Source: Thermoplasmata archaeon
GTDB taxonomy: Archaea > Thermoplasmatota > Thermoplasmata > UBA10834
Direction: 5' to 3'
Length of the DNA: 64,000 nt
NCBI GenBank assembly: GCA_035529455.1
Contig: DATKWQ010000052.1
Coordinates: forward strand, 5,966 to 69,965
The position numbers and the translations under genes are program-made. Numbering within the stretch: position 1 is the stretch's first letter; each line of letters opens with the position of its first letter. Shown here one piece after another: positions 20,212 through 29,608 of this stretch. The notes under the pieces were generated by a model. That model was not told the origin of the DNA. It saw only the letters and a list, made by a program, of their open reading frames with translations, and made no database searches.

Positions 20212-21649
20212 AGTCGATCATGAACTTCTCGGTGTCCATCAAGGAAGCGACCTTCTTGTTACCCTCGACGACCATGTACTCGTTGGGGCTGTGCGCAAGA
20301 GAGCTGTGACCCACCCCTCCCATCGTGAAAGGTATCCGCAATATCCGGTTGAACACGTAGAACGGGACCGCGCCACCGCTCGTGGGCCACACCTCCGGGT
20401 CGTAGCCGTGAGCGTCGAACGTCCGAAGCATCGCCTGCACTACGGGGTCCTTCACACTCGTCCTGCACCAATCGTAGCCAGTGTCCACCTCCTTGACGGA
20501 GATATCGGAGTAGCCGTGTTTCTCAAGGTGCCGTTTGACGAGTGGTATCATCCGGTCCTTCCGCTGGTTCGGCACGAGCCGGATATCCACCTTGCATGTC
20601 ACCTCATGAGGAAGGACGGTCTTCGACCCCTTCTCCATGTAGCCCCCCCAGATGCCATCGATGTTCAGGGTCGTCCCGAAAGTGTAGGCGTTCATGAGCG
20701 ATTCCTTGTCGTCTTCTGGGAGTATGAACTTCTTGACCTTCATCGTCCGCTTGAACCCCTCCATGTCCAACTTCTTGGCCAGGTCCTTGATCATCTCATG
20801 GTCCTCCTCGGAGGGGGGCGCGATATCGTCGTAGAAGCCGTCGATGAGTATCCTGTTGCCGCCGTCGTCGGTCATCGTGCCAAGGGCGTCAATCAGCCTC
20901 CAGACAGGGCTGTCCACCCACGCCTTGTTGCTGCTGTGGATCGCGAACTCCTGAGGTCCCCGGCCCCAACGCTTCCCACTGCAGTTCATCTCGAAGTAGA
21001 CGACCCCTTTGACTCCAAGGAAGTGTGTGCACGCTCCTGTCGAATCCTGCGCGAAGAACGGGAAATAGCACGCGTCGGCCTTGGACAGACGTTTCCTATC
21101 CTTCCTCACGTACGATGGCAGGTTGGGGCTGCCGAGCTCCTCCTCGCCCTCGGCGACGAATATCAGGTTGACCGGTGGCCTGCCATCCGCCTTGTTGCAG
21201 GAGTCCACTGCGTTGAGGAAAGCGGCGAGAGGGCCCTTCGTGTTGTCTGCGCCGCGGTTGACGATGGCCTTGACCTTGCCCGACGGGAGCCTCATGTCCA
21301 CCATCTTCGCGCCCATCGCGGGATGCTCCCACCCGGGCTCGTTGAACGGCATGGTGTCGTACATGAAGTAGACCAACAGTGTCCGGTCCGACAGCCCCTT
21401 GCACTTCCCGTAAACGATTGGGTTGCCTTTCGTCTCGATGACCTCGACGCTGTCGCAACCAACCTCAGAGTACAGCTTGCTGACAAGCTCTGCGCACTCA
21501 TCTATGCCTATGTCCTCCTGGCTGGAGCTCGGTTGCTTCAGCAGACGCTTCACGCGCGTGATGTGCTTGTTCTTGTCCTTGTCTATCCTGTCGAAGACCT
21601 TCTCCCTGTCGAATTCGCGAGCCATGAGATCGTCCGTGGTATGCCCCAC
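20183..21649 (-). CDS. M20-family metallopeptidase (dipeptidase / ArgE-DapE-CPG2 family)
   Basis: Metal-binding blocks (HYDTMP-like FMYDTMP, GADNTKG, EGEEELGS) and a dimerisation domain. Convergent overlap with the GT4 gene. Confidence 0.85.
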   Translation of the reverse strand: MGHTTDDLMAREFDREKVFDRIDKDKNKHITRVKRLLKQPSSSQEDIGIDECAELVSKLYSEVGCDSVEVIETKGNPIVYGKCKGLSDRTLLVYFMYDTMPFNEPGWEHPAMGAKMVDMRLPSGKVKAIVNRGADNTKGPLAAFLNAVDSCNKADGRPPVNLIFVAEGEEELGSPNLPSYVRKDRKRLSKADACYFPFFAQDSTGACTHFLGVKGVVYFEMNCSGKRWGRGPQEFAIHSSNKAWVDSPVWRLIDALGTMTDDGGNRILIDGFYDDIAPPSEEDHEMIKDLAKKLDMEGFKRTMKVKKFILPEDDKESLMNAYTFGTTLNIDGIWGGYMEKGSKTVLPHEVTCKVDIRLVPNQRKDRMIPLVKRHLEKHGYSDISVKEVDTGYDWCRTSVKDPVVQAMLRTFDAHGYDPEVWPTSGGAVPFYVFNRILRIPFTMGGVGHSSLAHSPNEYMVVEGNKKVASLMDTEKFMIDFMDEYGLSG

Positions 21650-21682
21650 GCGAATATAGTAGTTTCCGGCGTCGATGACAAG

Positions 21683-22339
21683 ATGAAAATACTGGCAAAC
21701 ATCTCACGGTCTCAGATGTTCGAGGAGTTCCTACTGATATTCATACCGATGTTCGTCGTGATCGACCCATTCGGCGTCATGCCGATCTACCTCGTCCTGA
21801 CGGGGGACATGGACGCGGACAACAAGAGGAAGACGCTTCGTTACTCGATGCTGTTCGCCACCTCCCTTCTGATCGTGTTCGCCCTCATAGGCAAGGTCGT
21901 GCTCGACTACTTGTCAGTCACCATCGAGGCGCTGATGATAACCGGCGGACTCCTCTTGTTGGTCATCGGCATCATGATGCTGTACGAGGGAGACATCCCC
22001 AGGTCCAGAAGAAGGGGCGTCGAGGAGGCCGAGAGCGCGCCGAGCGAGCCGGAGGACGTCGCGTTCGTCCCGTTGGGGACCCCGATGATCGCCGGGCCAG
22101 GGGCGATATCAGTCGTCATCATACTCACAGGGACGGCCGATGTGCCACTAGTTCTCGTATCTCTTCTCGCGGTCATGGCTATCTGCGCGGTCCTTCTGTC
22201 ACAGGCCATCATAGTGCACAAAAGGATAGGCAACGCTGGCGCAAGGGCGTTGACGAGAGTGATGGGACTCATCACATCTGCCTACGCAGTCCAGATGGTG
22301 CTCGACGGCGTCACTGGCTACATCGGCACATTCGGGTGA
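21683..22339 (+). CDS. MarC-family (UPF0056/NAAT) integral membrane protein
   Basis: Six TM helices and MarC motifs (IDPFGVMPIYL, GGLLLLVIGI). Confidence 0.8.
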   Translation: MKILANISRSQMFEEFLLIFIPMFVVIDPFGVMPIYLVLTGDMDADNKRKTLRYSMLFATSLLIVFALIGKVVLDYLSVTIEALMITGGLLLLVIGIMMLYEGDIPRSRRRGVEEAESAPSEPEDVAFVPLGTPMIAGPGAISVVIILTGTADVPLVLVSLLAVMAICAVLLSQAIIVHKRIGNAGARALTRVMGLITSAYAVQMVLDGVTGYIGTFG

Positions 22340-22460
22340 CCGGAGTCCACTGAGCGAGTCAGTTCCCGATTGCACGTGGGTGGTGAATGGCAGAGCGCGT
22401 GCGGGCCAAGCTGTGCCGCGGGTGAGAGAAACGAAAGTGAGGACACGAGGATTCTGCTCG

Positions 22461-23372
22461 TCAAACATGCGCGATTGACGCGACCTCTTTCCTTCCTTCT
22501 CCTGAGGCGACAAGGTAGATGGCTGCGAACACCAGGGCCGCACCGAATGCCGCCAATGGCCTTAGCGTTTCGTCCAGCAGCGATATCGATATTGCCAGTG
22601 CTGTGACAATCTCTATCAGCATTATCGTCGCAGATGACGTCGCAGAAACTCCCTCCAAGCCCATCGCCCAGAACAGTATCGCGACAGACGTGCACATCAC
22701 TCCGAGGTACACCACTGCTAACCAGCCCGGCGTCTCTACTGTGAAATCCGCGCCCACATAACCCAAGTAGGCCAACGGGATCAACAGCCAAATAGCGGAT
22801 GTAACGATTGCGGAGGAGCTCAGCTGGACGGCGTTGAACTTCGAAAGCATCTTCTTGTTCAGGACTATGAAGAACGCCCAGAGCCAACCACAACTGTAGA
22901 CCATTATGTCCCCGATCAGCTCGGAACTGTCGAACGACAATCCCCCGTCGGCTGTGAGCATGGCGATCCCAGCGAGGCCTGTGGTTATCCCGAACGCCTG
23001 CTTCGAACCGATCCTCTCCCTGAAGACGAAATACGATATGATGGCGACCGCCACGACGTTGATGTCCACCAGCAGCGCCGTCTTCGACGCCGACGTGTAG
23101 TTCAGCCCAATGTACTGAGTTACGAACGCGGCGGAGTTCAGCCCACCGATTAGCCATATGTATGGGTTGCGGAAGACTGACAGCTGGAGCTTCCGCAGCG
23201 GCAGGACTATCGAAAGCGTGACAACCGATGCAACCGCGAACCGGAGCCAAAGGAACACGACGTCGTTCCCAACGTAGGAAAGGCCCCACTTCACTCCTGG
23301 AAACGAAGTGCCCCAGATAAGGCTCGCCACGACGGTGAGCAGGATAGCCCTCGTTCGAAAGGAATAAGCCAT
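22461..23372 (-). CDS. EamA/DMT-superfamily transporter
   Basis: Ten TM helices with duplicated EamA halves. Confidence 0.85.
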   Translation of the reverse strand: MAYSFRTRAILLTVVASLIWGTSFPGVKWGLSYVGNDVVFLWLRFAVASVVTLSIVLPLRKLQLSVFRNPYIWLIGGLNSAAFVTQYIGLNYTSASKTALLVDINVVAVAIISYFVFRERIGSKQAFGITTGLAGIAMLTADGGLSFDSSELIGDIMVYSCGWLWAFFIVLNKKMLSKFNAVQLSSSAIVTSAIWLLIPLAYLGYVGADFTVETPGWLAVVYLGVMCTSVAILFWAMGLEGVSATSSATIMLIEIVTALAISISLLDETLRPLAAFGAALVFAAIYLVASGEGRKEVASIAHV

Positions 23373-23404
23373 CGGGGCGGGAAACGCCCTCGAGTATTAG
23401 AAAC

Positions 23405-25090
23405 CTACTTATTGCGCTCTTTGGGGAGGTCTATGTGGAACACGCTCCCCTTGCCGACCTGACTCTCGACCCAGATGCGTCCACCATGGGCCTCGATGAT
23501 CCCCTTCGAAATCGGCAGGCTGAGGCCGATCCTGTCCACCTGATGCGACAGATCGTCGCTGGCGACGATGTAGAACCGGTCGAATATCTTCCCAAGGTTC
23601 TCAAGAGGGATTCCCACACCGTTGTCCTTGATCCAGATATGGATTATCTTGCCCTCGTCCCTCGCGCCGACCTGCACCTTCCCATCGGCCTGCGTGTATT
23701 TCACCGCGTTGTCGATTACGTTGTTGAAGACGTCCCTCAATCTGCGTCTGTCCGCCATGATCAAAGGCAGTTCGCCCTCTGCCGCCAAGGATATCGTCTG
23801 TCCCTTCTCCGAAGCGTCGTGCATCCTCGCCTCCACGACCTCCTCCAGCAGCAGGTCTATCCTCGTCGGCTCGGGGTTGATCTGCAGCGTGCCCTTCTCG
23901 AGTCTGCTGACGTCGAGCATACTCTCCACAAGAGTGTAGAGCTTGTCGGCGTTCGCGCGTATAGTACGCATCTTCTGGGCGAGCTTGGGCTCGGTGAAGG
24001 CAGGGGACTCGGATTCCACAAGATCGAGATATCCACGCAACACGGTCAGAGGGGTCCTCAGCTCATGGGAGACGACGTCGATGAACTGGCTCTTCATCTT
24101 CGTCACCCGCTCCAGCTCCTGATAGGTCTGGATTAGCTTCTCGTAGGACCGCTCCAGCTGGCTCTGCAGCCGCACGTTCGACGTGAGATCCATCGCGACC
24201 ATCAACGCGGTCTCGACCTCCCCCGTCTCAGACGGCACAGGGGCGACCTTGACATGGATGTAGAACGCCTTGTCAGGATTGGGGACGAAATGGACGTTCT
24301 CCTTCTCGCTAGGAGTCCCCTCGAGAGCCTGCATCACGAGGTCGTCCAGCCCCGATTTCGCCATCGGTTCCATCTCGAGGATGTTCGTCCCCACGATGGC
24401 AGCCGCGTCGGACACGTCCAGGATCTTCATCATGAGCTTGTTCATCGAGGTTATCATCCCCTTAGCATCGATGGTCATGAGGCCGATCGGAGCGAGAGAG
24501 AGTATCTTGTCCGTCTCCGCTTCGGTCCTCGCCAACTTGAACGAAGTCCGGACATGATCCAACACGGACGCGATGCAATCAGCGACGAGTCTGATGACAT
24601 GGACTTCTCGGTCGGTGAACGATGGGTTCGTCTTCTTCCGAGCCACTACCAGGTACCCCACAAGGGTGTCTCTGAAGACGATCGACGCTGGGATCATCGA
24701 CCCGAGGTCCAACGCATCGTAGAGGGCGCGCGCTCCATCTGGCACTTCCTCCGGCTTCGTAACAATGAATCCATAAGACCTTCTGCCACGGACGAGCCGA
24801 TTCCTCGCTTCGAGGTCGACGGTCACCCTCGGAAAGTCGGACAGGCTGGACATATCGAGTCCTGCAGCCCCCGCGAACCGCACATCTGACCGACCAGGCT
24901 CGTATATGAGCACTCCCGCGAAATCCGCCTTGGTGAATCTCTTGAGCTCTGTAGATATGAGAGCGTACGCCTTCTGAGCGTCAGCGACGTCCGCGACCTC
25001 GACTATCAGGTCGGCGACCGCTCTGTGGATATCATCATTATCGGGCACACCATCGGACAAACGCACATCCTCCGTCGGCAGGAGCGTCAA
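23405..25090 (-). CDS. sensor histidine kinase (GAF - PAS - HisKA - HATPase_c), cytoplasmic
   Basis: H-box VVSHELRTPLT. N, G1 and G2 boxes (NNVIDNAVKYT, IKDNGVGIP, GLSLPISKGIIEAHGG) lie in the C-terminus. No TM segments. Confidence 0.9.
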   Translation of the reverse strand: MTLLPTEDVRLSDGVPDNDDIHRAVADLIVEVADVADAQKAYALISTELKRFTKADFAGVLIYEPGRSDVRFAGAAGLDMSSLSDFPRVTVDLEARNRLVRGRRSYGFIVTKPEEVPDGARALYDALDLGSMIPASIVFRDTLVGYLVVARKKTNPSFTDREVHVIRLVADCIASVLDHVRTSFKLARTEAETDKILSLAPIGLMTIDAKGMITSMNKLMMKILDVSDAAAIVGTNILEMEPMAKSGLDDLVMQALEGTPSEKENVHFVPNPDKAFYIHVKVAPVPSETGEVETALMVAMDLTSNVRLQSQLERSYEKLIQTYQELERVTKMKSQFIDVVSHELRTPLTVLRGYLDLVESESPAFTEPKLAQKMRTIRANADKLYTLVESMLDVSRLEKGTLQINPEPTRIDLLLEEVVEARMHDASEKGQTISLAAEGELPLIMADRRRLRDVFNNVIDNAVKYTQADGKVQVGARDEGKIIHIWIKDNGVGIPLENLGKIFDRFYIVASDDLSHQVDRIGLSLPISKGIIEAHGGRIWVESQVGKGSVFHIDLPKERNK

Positions 25091-25215
25091 CAGTACTAAT
25101 CATTGGGGGGAGCTGATTATAAGTAGACTGCTGTAACCATTCTTAAGGATGTTGGCCTCAACGACAAGGCGACTCAAGTGAAAGATAATAACCCAGTGAA
25201 GACGATTCCAGGTGT

Positions 25216-25728
25216 ATGCCTCTAAGGGGCTTTGCGGGCAGGATGCCGGCTATAGGAGCTGATGCGTACATAGACGCGGACGCGCTGCTCATCGGAGATG
25301 TGCACATCGGCGCCCGAGCGACGGTCTGGCCGGGAGCGGTCCTACGCGCTGACGATGACAGGATAGAGATAGGCGAAGGGTCTGCCGTGATGGACATGGC
25401 GTTCATAGAGGCGCCGAAGGGAAGACCGACAGTCATCGGCCGAGGATGCATCGTCTCTCACGGTGCGAGACTCCACGGTTGTCTCATCGGTGATGGAGTC
25501 ATGGTCGGCATAGGCGCTATCGTGCTTGACGGCGCCGTTGTAGACACAGGGTCCATCATTGCGGCAGGAAGCGTCGTTCCACCGGGAAAGCGGATACCAC
25601 CGGACTCACTGGTCATGGGCACGCCAGCAAAGGTGACGCGAGAGGTCACGGAAGCTGAGCGAGCATCCCTGCGGGATAATCTGGAAACCGTAAGGGCGAA
25701 AGCAGCGGAACACGCCCGATCCACGTGA
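25216..25728 (+). CDS. gamma-class carbonic anhydrase family / hexapeptide-repeat (LbH) protein
   Basis: Left-handed beta-helix hexapeptide repeats with PaaY/CaiE/CamH-like His residues. Confidence 0.85.
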   Translation: MPLRGFAGRMPAIGADAYIDADALLIGDVHIGARATVWPGAVLRADDDRIEIGEGSAVMDMAFIEAPKGRPTVIGRGCIVSHGARLHGCLIGDGVMVGIGAIVLDGAVVDTGSIIAAGSVVPPGKRIPPDSLVMGTPAKVTREVTEAERASLRDNLETVRAKAAEHARST

Positions 25729-25807
25729 GGCACGGTTCAGACGGTCTCATGCCGGGAATAACCAACATTGAAATACATCCTCGCAGACAGATGCGCGGAC
25801 CGGAGCG

Positions 25808-25818
25808 CTTTTTAAATA
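25808..25818 (+). promoter_or_regulatory. strong TATA-box-like element (CTTTTTAAATA) inside a 430-bp gene-free gap
   Basis: Near-consensus archaeal TATA. No credible ORF lies downstream for ~300 bp. Confidence 0.35.
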
Positions 25819-26092
25819 GGTGGACGACTTTCGAATATGACAGGATTCGAGACACTTGGGGGACAGTTAGCTCGAACAAGGAACGTGGAGAGTTTGGAAG
25901 TTCATTTCGGAAAGCCTGTTGTGACGCGCGTCCGCAAGTGCAGACTAGTAGTCGTGAAGAACCGCCTGCAGCAGGAAGATGAGAAGCGGACGGAAGAGCC
26001 GGTCGACGATTGAGCACGCTCTTCGGCCGTATGTGGGCGATCATAGGCCTATAACCGCTCCAAAAGCGCCTTTTCCCGCTCAGCGACTATTA

Positions 26093-26102
26093 CTTATATA
26101 CT
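26093..26102 (+). promoter_or_regulatory. TATA-box-like element (CTTATATACT) ~55 bp upstream of the 26157 gene
   Basis: Isolated AT-rich element in a GC-rich intergenic region. Confidence 0.35.
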
Positions 26103-26156
26103 TATCCGAAAGTAATTTACACCAGTGAAATCAATATCGGGCTGGAAGGGATAAAA

Positions 26157-26573
26157 ATGGCTTCTCAAGAGAAAGTCGAACCAGCACAGCAGCCGCCACA
26201 GCCGCAATACCCTGTGTATGGACCGCAGTATCAGCCCCAGCACAAACAGGCGATCGAATACATCAGGCCGTTCGCGTCGGATGTAATACTGGCGATCGCG
26301 ATAATCGTCGGTTTGTTCTTCCTGATGCTCGGCTCCGTGATATATGGTATCGCAGATGAGGCAGCGGGCAGAGATGCGGGAATGGTCCTGAAGGCACTTG
26401 GCCTGTTCATAGCGACTGCGGGCATGCTGTTGGGTGCCATCCTGAGGACGGACATGAACAAGTGGGTCAGGGTCGCCCTGTTGCTCAGCGCCACCATGAT
26501 GATCATACTGATTGGCTTCTGGGGCTCGTTCTGGGGTCTTACGGTCGACCTGAGCATACCAGGCTACACCTAA
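26157..26573 (+). CDS. hypothetical membrane protein with Gln/Pro/Tyr-rich N-terminus
   Basis: N-terminal low-complexity segment (QQPPQPQYPVYGPQYQPQ) followed by three or four TM helices. A TATA-like element lies ~60 bp upstream. Confidence 0.5.
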   Translation: MASQEKVEPAQQPPQPQYPVYGPQYQPQHKQAIEYIRPFASDVILAIAIIVGLFFLMLGSVIYGIADEAAGRDAGMVLKALGLFIATAGMLLGAILRTDMNKWVRVALLLSATMMIILIGFWGSFWGLTVDLSIPGYT

Positions 26574-26580
26574 AAACCTC

Positions 26581-26889
26581 TCATTCTTTCAGCCTTTTTT
26601 TCAATTTTTTCTCTACTGACTCTATCTTCGACCGGATGGCATGGTCCACGCCCTTCCTGTCGTCTATCCTTATGATTGTCTCGACTCTTGCGCAAGTGCC
26701 CGCCACCTTCTTGTGACACGCGCATATGACGGACATCACCTCGTCAAACCCACCCTCGACAACCGTGCCCATGGGGTTAACGCGGTAGTCCAGGCCAGAC
26801 TCGTCCACGATCCTGACACACTCCGCGACATGCCTGCTCACGCTCTCTCCCTCCCCGATGGGCACGACCGTGAATTCCGCCAACATCAA
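26581..26889 (-). CDS. MTH1187/YkoF-family (DUF77) thiamine-binding-like protein
   Basis: ~100 aa with a ferredoxin-like duplicated fold (AEFTVVPIGEGESVS...NPMGTVVEG). Confidence 0.75.
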   Translation of the reverse strand: MMLAEFTVVPIGEGESVSRHVAECVRIVDESGLDYRVNPMGTVVEGGFDEVMSVICACHKKVAGTCARVETIIRIDDRKGVDHAIRSKIESVEKKLKKRLKE

Positions 26890-27032
26890 ATACCTCCTGT
26901 TGCGCTTTCGACGATGGGCGCGTTTCTTGCCGCAGCCGCTCGTCGAAAGCCAATGTATTTATACAACCAGAAACTAAATGAAACCTCTGTAGGGGCATGT
27001 TGGTTTTCTTGATTTCCGGGGGCATTAATGTT

Positions 27033-27491
27033 ATGAAGAGAAAAGGGGAGCCGTTGACCGAGTCTTTGAACATCATCACGAAGCTGAGGAAGTCCGACGC
27101 GGCCACTTCCGATGCGACTCTGACCGTCGAACACCTGACCAAGGCCATCAAGAACAGCATAGACAAGCAGGGCATGCCCGAGGAAGAGGCCAGGGCAATG
27201 GCTCAGCATGTGATGAACTTCTTTGGATACAGCGAGAGGATCATCGACAACGTCCTGGAGCCAGAGGACAGGGACGCGTTCTACATGCTGGAGGACGCCG
27301 GCATACTGATGACCGAGCGCGAGGAGACCACGCTGTACGATGGCAGGGAGTGGCGCATCCACTACTGGATGTTCAGGAAGGAGCGCATATCCGAGTTGAT
27401 CTATGGCAGGGGCAGGTCCGAGGGGCAGGCGGATGAAAACGCTTCCGTCTACGACGACATACCCGAGGACATGTGGACCAGCAGGGAATAG
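27033..27491 (+). CDS. hypothetical acidic protein
   Basis: Clean ORF immediately upstream of XPD on the same strand. Not recognised. Confidence 0.45.
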   Translation: MKRKGEPLTESLNIITKLRKSDAATSDATLTVEHLTKAIKNSIDKQGMPEEEARAMAQHVMNFFGYSERIIDNVLEPEDRDAFYMLEDAGILMTEREETTLYDGREWRIHYWMFRKERISELIYGRGRSEGQADENASVYDDIPEDMWTSRE

Positions 27492-27570
27492 GACTTCCGC
27501 TGTCGAACGCCTACTTTCGGGCAGCCTGGGCAAAGCCGTTTAGCACCGATGGCACTTTAGAACCGCAGAC

Positions 27571-29475
27571 ATGTCAGCGGAGCTTTTTCCATACACTCCA
27601 AGAGAGGGGCAGGGGAGTCTCCTGGACTCCATTCGCACAGCCTACGATAGCAGGGGTCATCTGGTCGTCGAGAGCGGCACAGGCACGGGCAAAACTGTTT
27701 GTGCCCTCTGCGGGGTTCTGAGCGGCTGCGCTGGGCGAGGCAAGAAACTCCTGTATCTAACCAGAACGAACTCGCAGCAGAGACAGGTCATGTCCGAGCT
27801 GAGGCAGATGGGCGGTGGCCGACGCAACTTCGGGGTCGCCCTCCAGGGCAGGCGCAACATGTGCCCGCTCGCGAAGGCGGACGAGGATCTCGCAGGTGGA
27901 AATCCCGAAGAGCTCTCCAAGGTCTGCAGCGAGCGGAAGGCGCGCGTCCTGAAGGGCGATGAGGAGGCGTGTCCCTTCTTCGCAACGACGATGTCGACGA
28001 ACCTGCAGACGGTCACGAAGCACATGAGGGAGGCGCTCCCCACCGCTGAGGAATTCACCGCATACTGCAGCGAGAGGCGGCTGTGCCCGTATGAGATCAG
28101 CAAGATGCACGTGCCGGCTGCGGATGTGGTTGCGGCACCCTACATAATGTTCTTTGATGGTTTCATCAGGCACAACCTTCTGGATTGGATGGGGTGTTCC
28201 GCCAGCGATATCGTGGTGGTCATCGATGAGGCGCACAACCTACCCTCATACGCGCGTGAGCTGAAATCGTCCCGCCTCTCGGATGTCGCGCTCCGATTGG
28301 CGAAGGCGGAAATAGACGAATTCGGAAACCCCGAGATAGCGGACGGTTTCGGCCTCCGCGACCTCGTCACGCTGCTCGAGAACGCTCTCGAGAGAGCTGT
28401 CGAAGAATATCTCATCGATGAGGATGGCGTCATCCCGCAGTCGTTCCTCGAGGAGGAGCTCATGCTCGGCATCGGGTCTACGAGCCACAAGCTAAAGGGC
28501 ATGCTGTCTCAAGCCATGAACTACGGCGAGATGGTGCGGGACGCTCGGCGGTCCTCCGGACGGCTGCCGAGGTCGTTCGTCCACAGAATGGCCAGCTTCC
28601 TGGTGTTTTGGCACGGCCTCGAAGAGGGGGAGTATGTCAAACTGGTCGTCAAATCGGATGTCTCCGCGTTCGAGGCGTACTGTCTGGACGCCTCGCTGGC
28701 CTGCGCGCCGCTGCGGGATTGCCATTCCAGCGTGCACATGTCGGGCACACTGAGACCTCTCGACGACTACGCGAAGAGCATAGGCCTGCCGGACGACGCG
28801 ACGCTGCAGTCCATCCCCTCACCGTTCCCGCCGGAGAACCGTCTCGTCCTGTATGCCGATGACGTGACCACCAGATACGAGGACATGGAACGGGAGCCAG
28901 CTATCGTCGAAAGGATCGCGGGACACATAACTGACCTCCTCGGCAGCTGCACGAAGAACACGATCATATTCTACCCGTCTTACGCCATGATGCAGAGGGT
29001 TAGCGACCTCGTCGATGGGGCTCTGACAGGATGGAGGATATACCGAGAGGAGCGCTCCATGGGTCAGTCGGCACTTATGGAGGCCGTGAGCGGCTTCAAG
29101 GGGACCACGGGGAACGCTGTGATGCACGCCATCTCGGGAGGGAGGATAAGCGAGGGAATCGACTTCCCGGGGGAGGAGATGGAGCTGGCGATCATCGCGG
29201 GTATACCCTACCCGAAACCCACCGCCAGGCACAGGGCGCTGCAGTACTTCTGCGAGATCAGGTTCGGCGATGGATGGGCGCACGCCGTCAAGGCGCCAAC
29301 CACCAGGAAGCTCCTGCAGGCGATGGGGAGGCTCATACGGTCCGAGACGGACCGCGGTCTTGCGGTCGTGTTGGACAGGAGAGTGGTCCATTTCGAGGAG
29401 GAGCTGGCGGCGAGGAAATCATCTGCGCTGGCGGAGGATGCGCGCGAGTTCTTCTCGGCCAAGTCGTCTGTATGA
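27571..29475 (+). CDS. xpd: ATP-dependent DNA helicase XPD/Rad3 family (SF2, 4Fe-4S domain)
   Basis: Walker A GTGKT, four Cys in the FeS insertion (CPLAK..CSER..CPFF..CPYE), DEAH box (VIDEAHNL) and C-terminal helicase motifs. Confidence 0.9.
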   Translation: MSAELFPYTPREGQGSLLDSIRTAYDSRGHLVVESGTGTGKTVCALCGVLSGCAGRGKKLLYLTRTNSQQRQVMSELRQMGGGRRNFGVALQGRRNMCPLAKADEDLAGGNPEELSKVCSERKARVLKGDEEACPFFATTMSTNLQTVTKHMREALPTAEEFTAYCSERRLCPYEISKMHVPAADVVAAPYIMFFDGFIRHNLLDWMGCSASDIVVVIDEAHNLPSYARELKSSRLSDVALRLAKAEIDEFGNPEIADGFGLRDLVTLLENALERAVEEYLIDEDGVIPQSFLEEELMLGIGSTSHKLKGMLSQAMNYGEMVRDARRSSGRLPRSFVHRMASFLVFWHGLEEGEYVKLVVKSDVSAFEAYCLDASLACAPLRDCHSSVHMSGTLRPLDDYAKSIGLPDDATLQSIPSPFPPENRLVLYADDVTTRYEDMEREPAIVERIAGHITDLLGSCTKNTIIFYPSYAMMQRVSDLVDGALTGWRIYREERSMGQSALMEAVSGFKGTTGNAVMHAISGGRISEGIDFPGEEMELAIIAGIPYPKPTARHRALQYFCEIRFGDGWAHAVKAPTTRKLLQAMGRLIRSETDRGLAVVLDRRVVHFEEELAARKSSALAEDAREFFSAKSSV

Positions 29476-29608
29476 AACCTGAGCGACGGCGCGGGATGAC
29501 AGCGCCGCGGAGATAAGCGGCGACCGGTTCACGCCGTGATATGCCGCCTGGTCTGAGTGCGGCACATAGGCCATCCTGTGCGTTTCAGTTATTAGACTCC
29601 TCCGCAAT

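Noticed and set aside
20291-21680. N-terminal 460 codons of the 682-aa plus-strand ORF 20291..22339
   Set aside because: That part lies antisense to the M20 peptidase gene and is Arg/His/Val/Pro-rich with no domain signal. Only the C-terminal MarC portion (21683-22339) is credible.
22318-23289. 323-aa ORF on the minus strand overlapping the EamA transporter gene in another frame
   Set aside because: Its composition is Arg/Gly/Pro/His-rich, as expected from reading a GC-rich coding region out of frame. The overlapping frame (22461-23372) gives a clean 10-TM transporter.
25729-26156. Assignment of the gap to SRP RNA or RNase P RNA
   Set aside because: I found only loose resemblance to the helix-8 GGAA/AGCAGCC and CR-I GGAAAGUCCGGGC blocks. 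I cannot support a specific ncRNA call without a covariance-model search, so it is reported only as a candidate locus.
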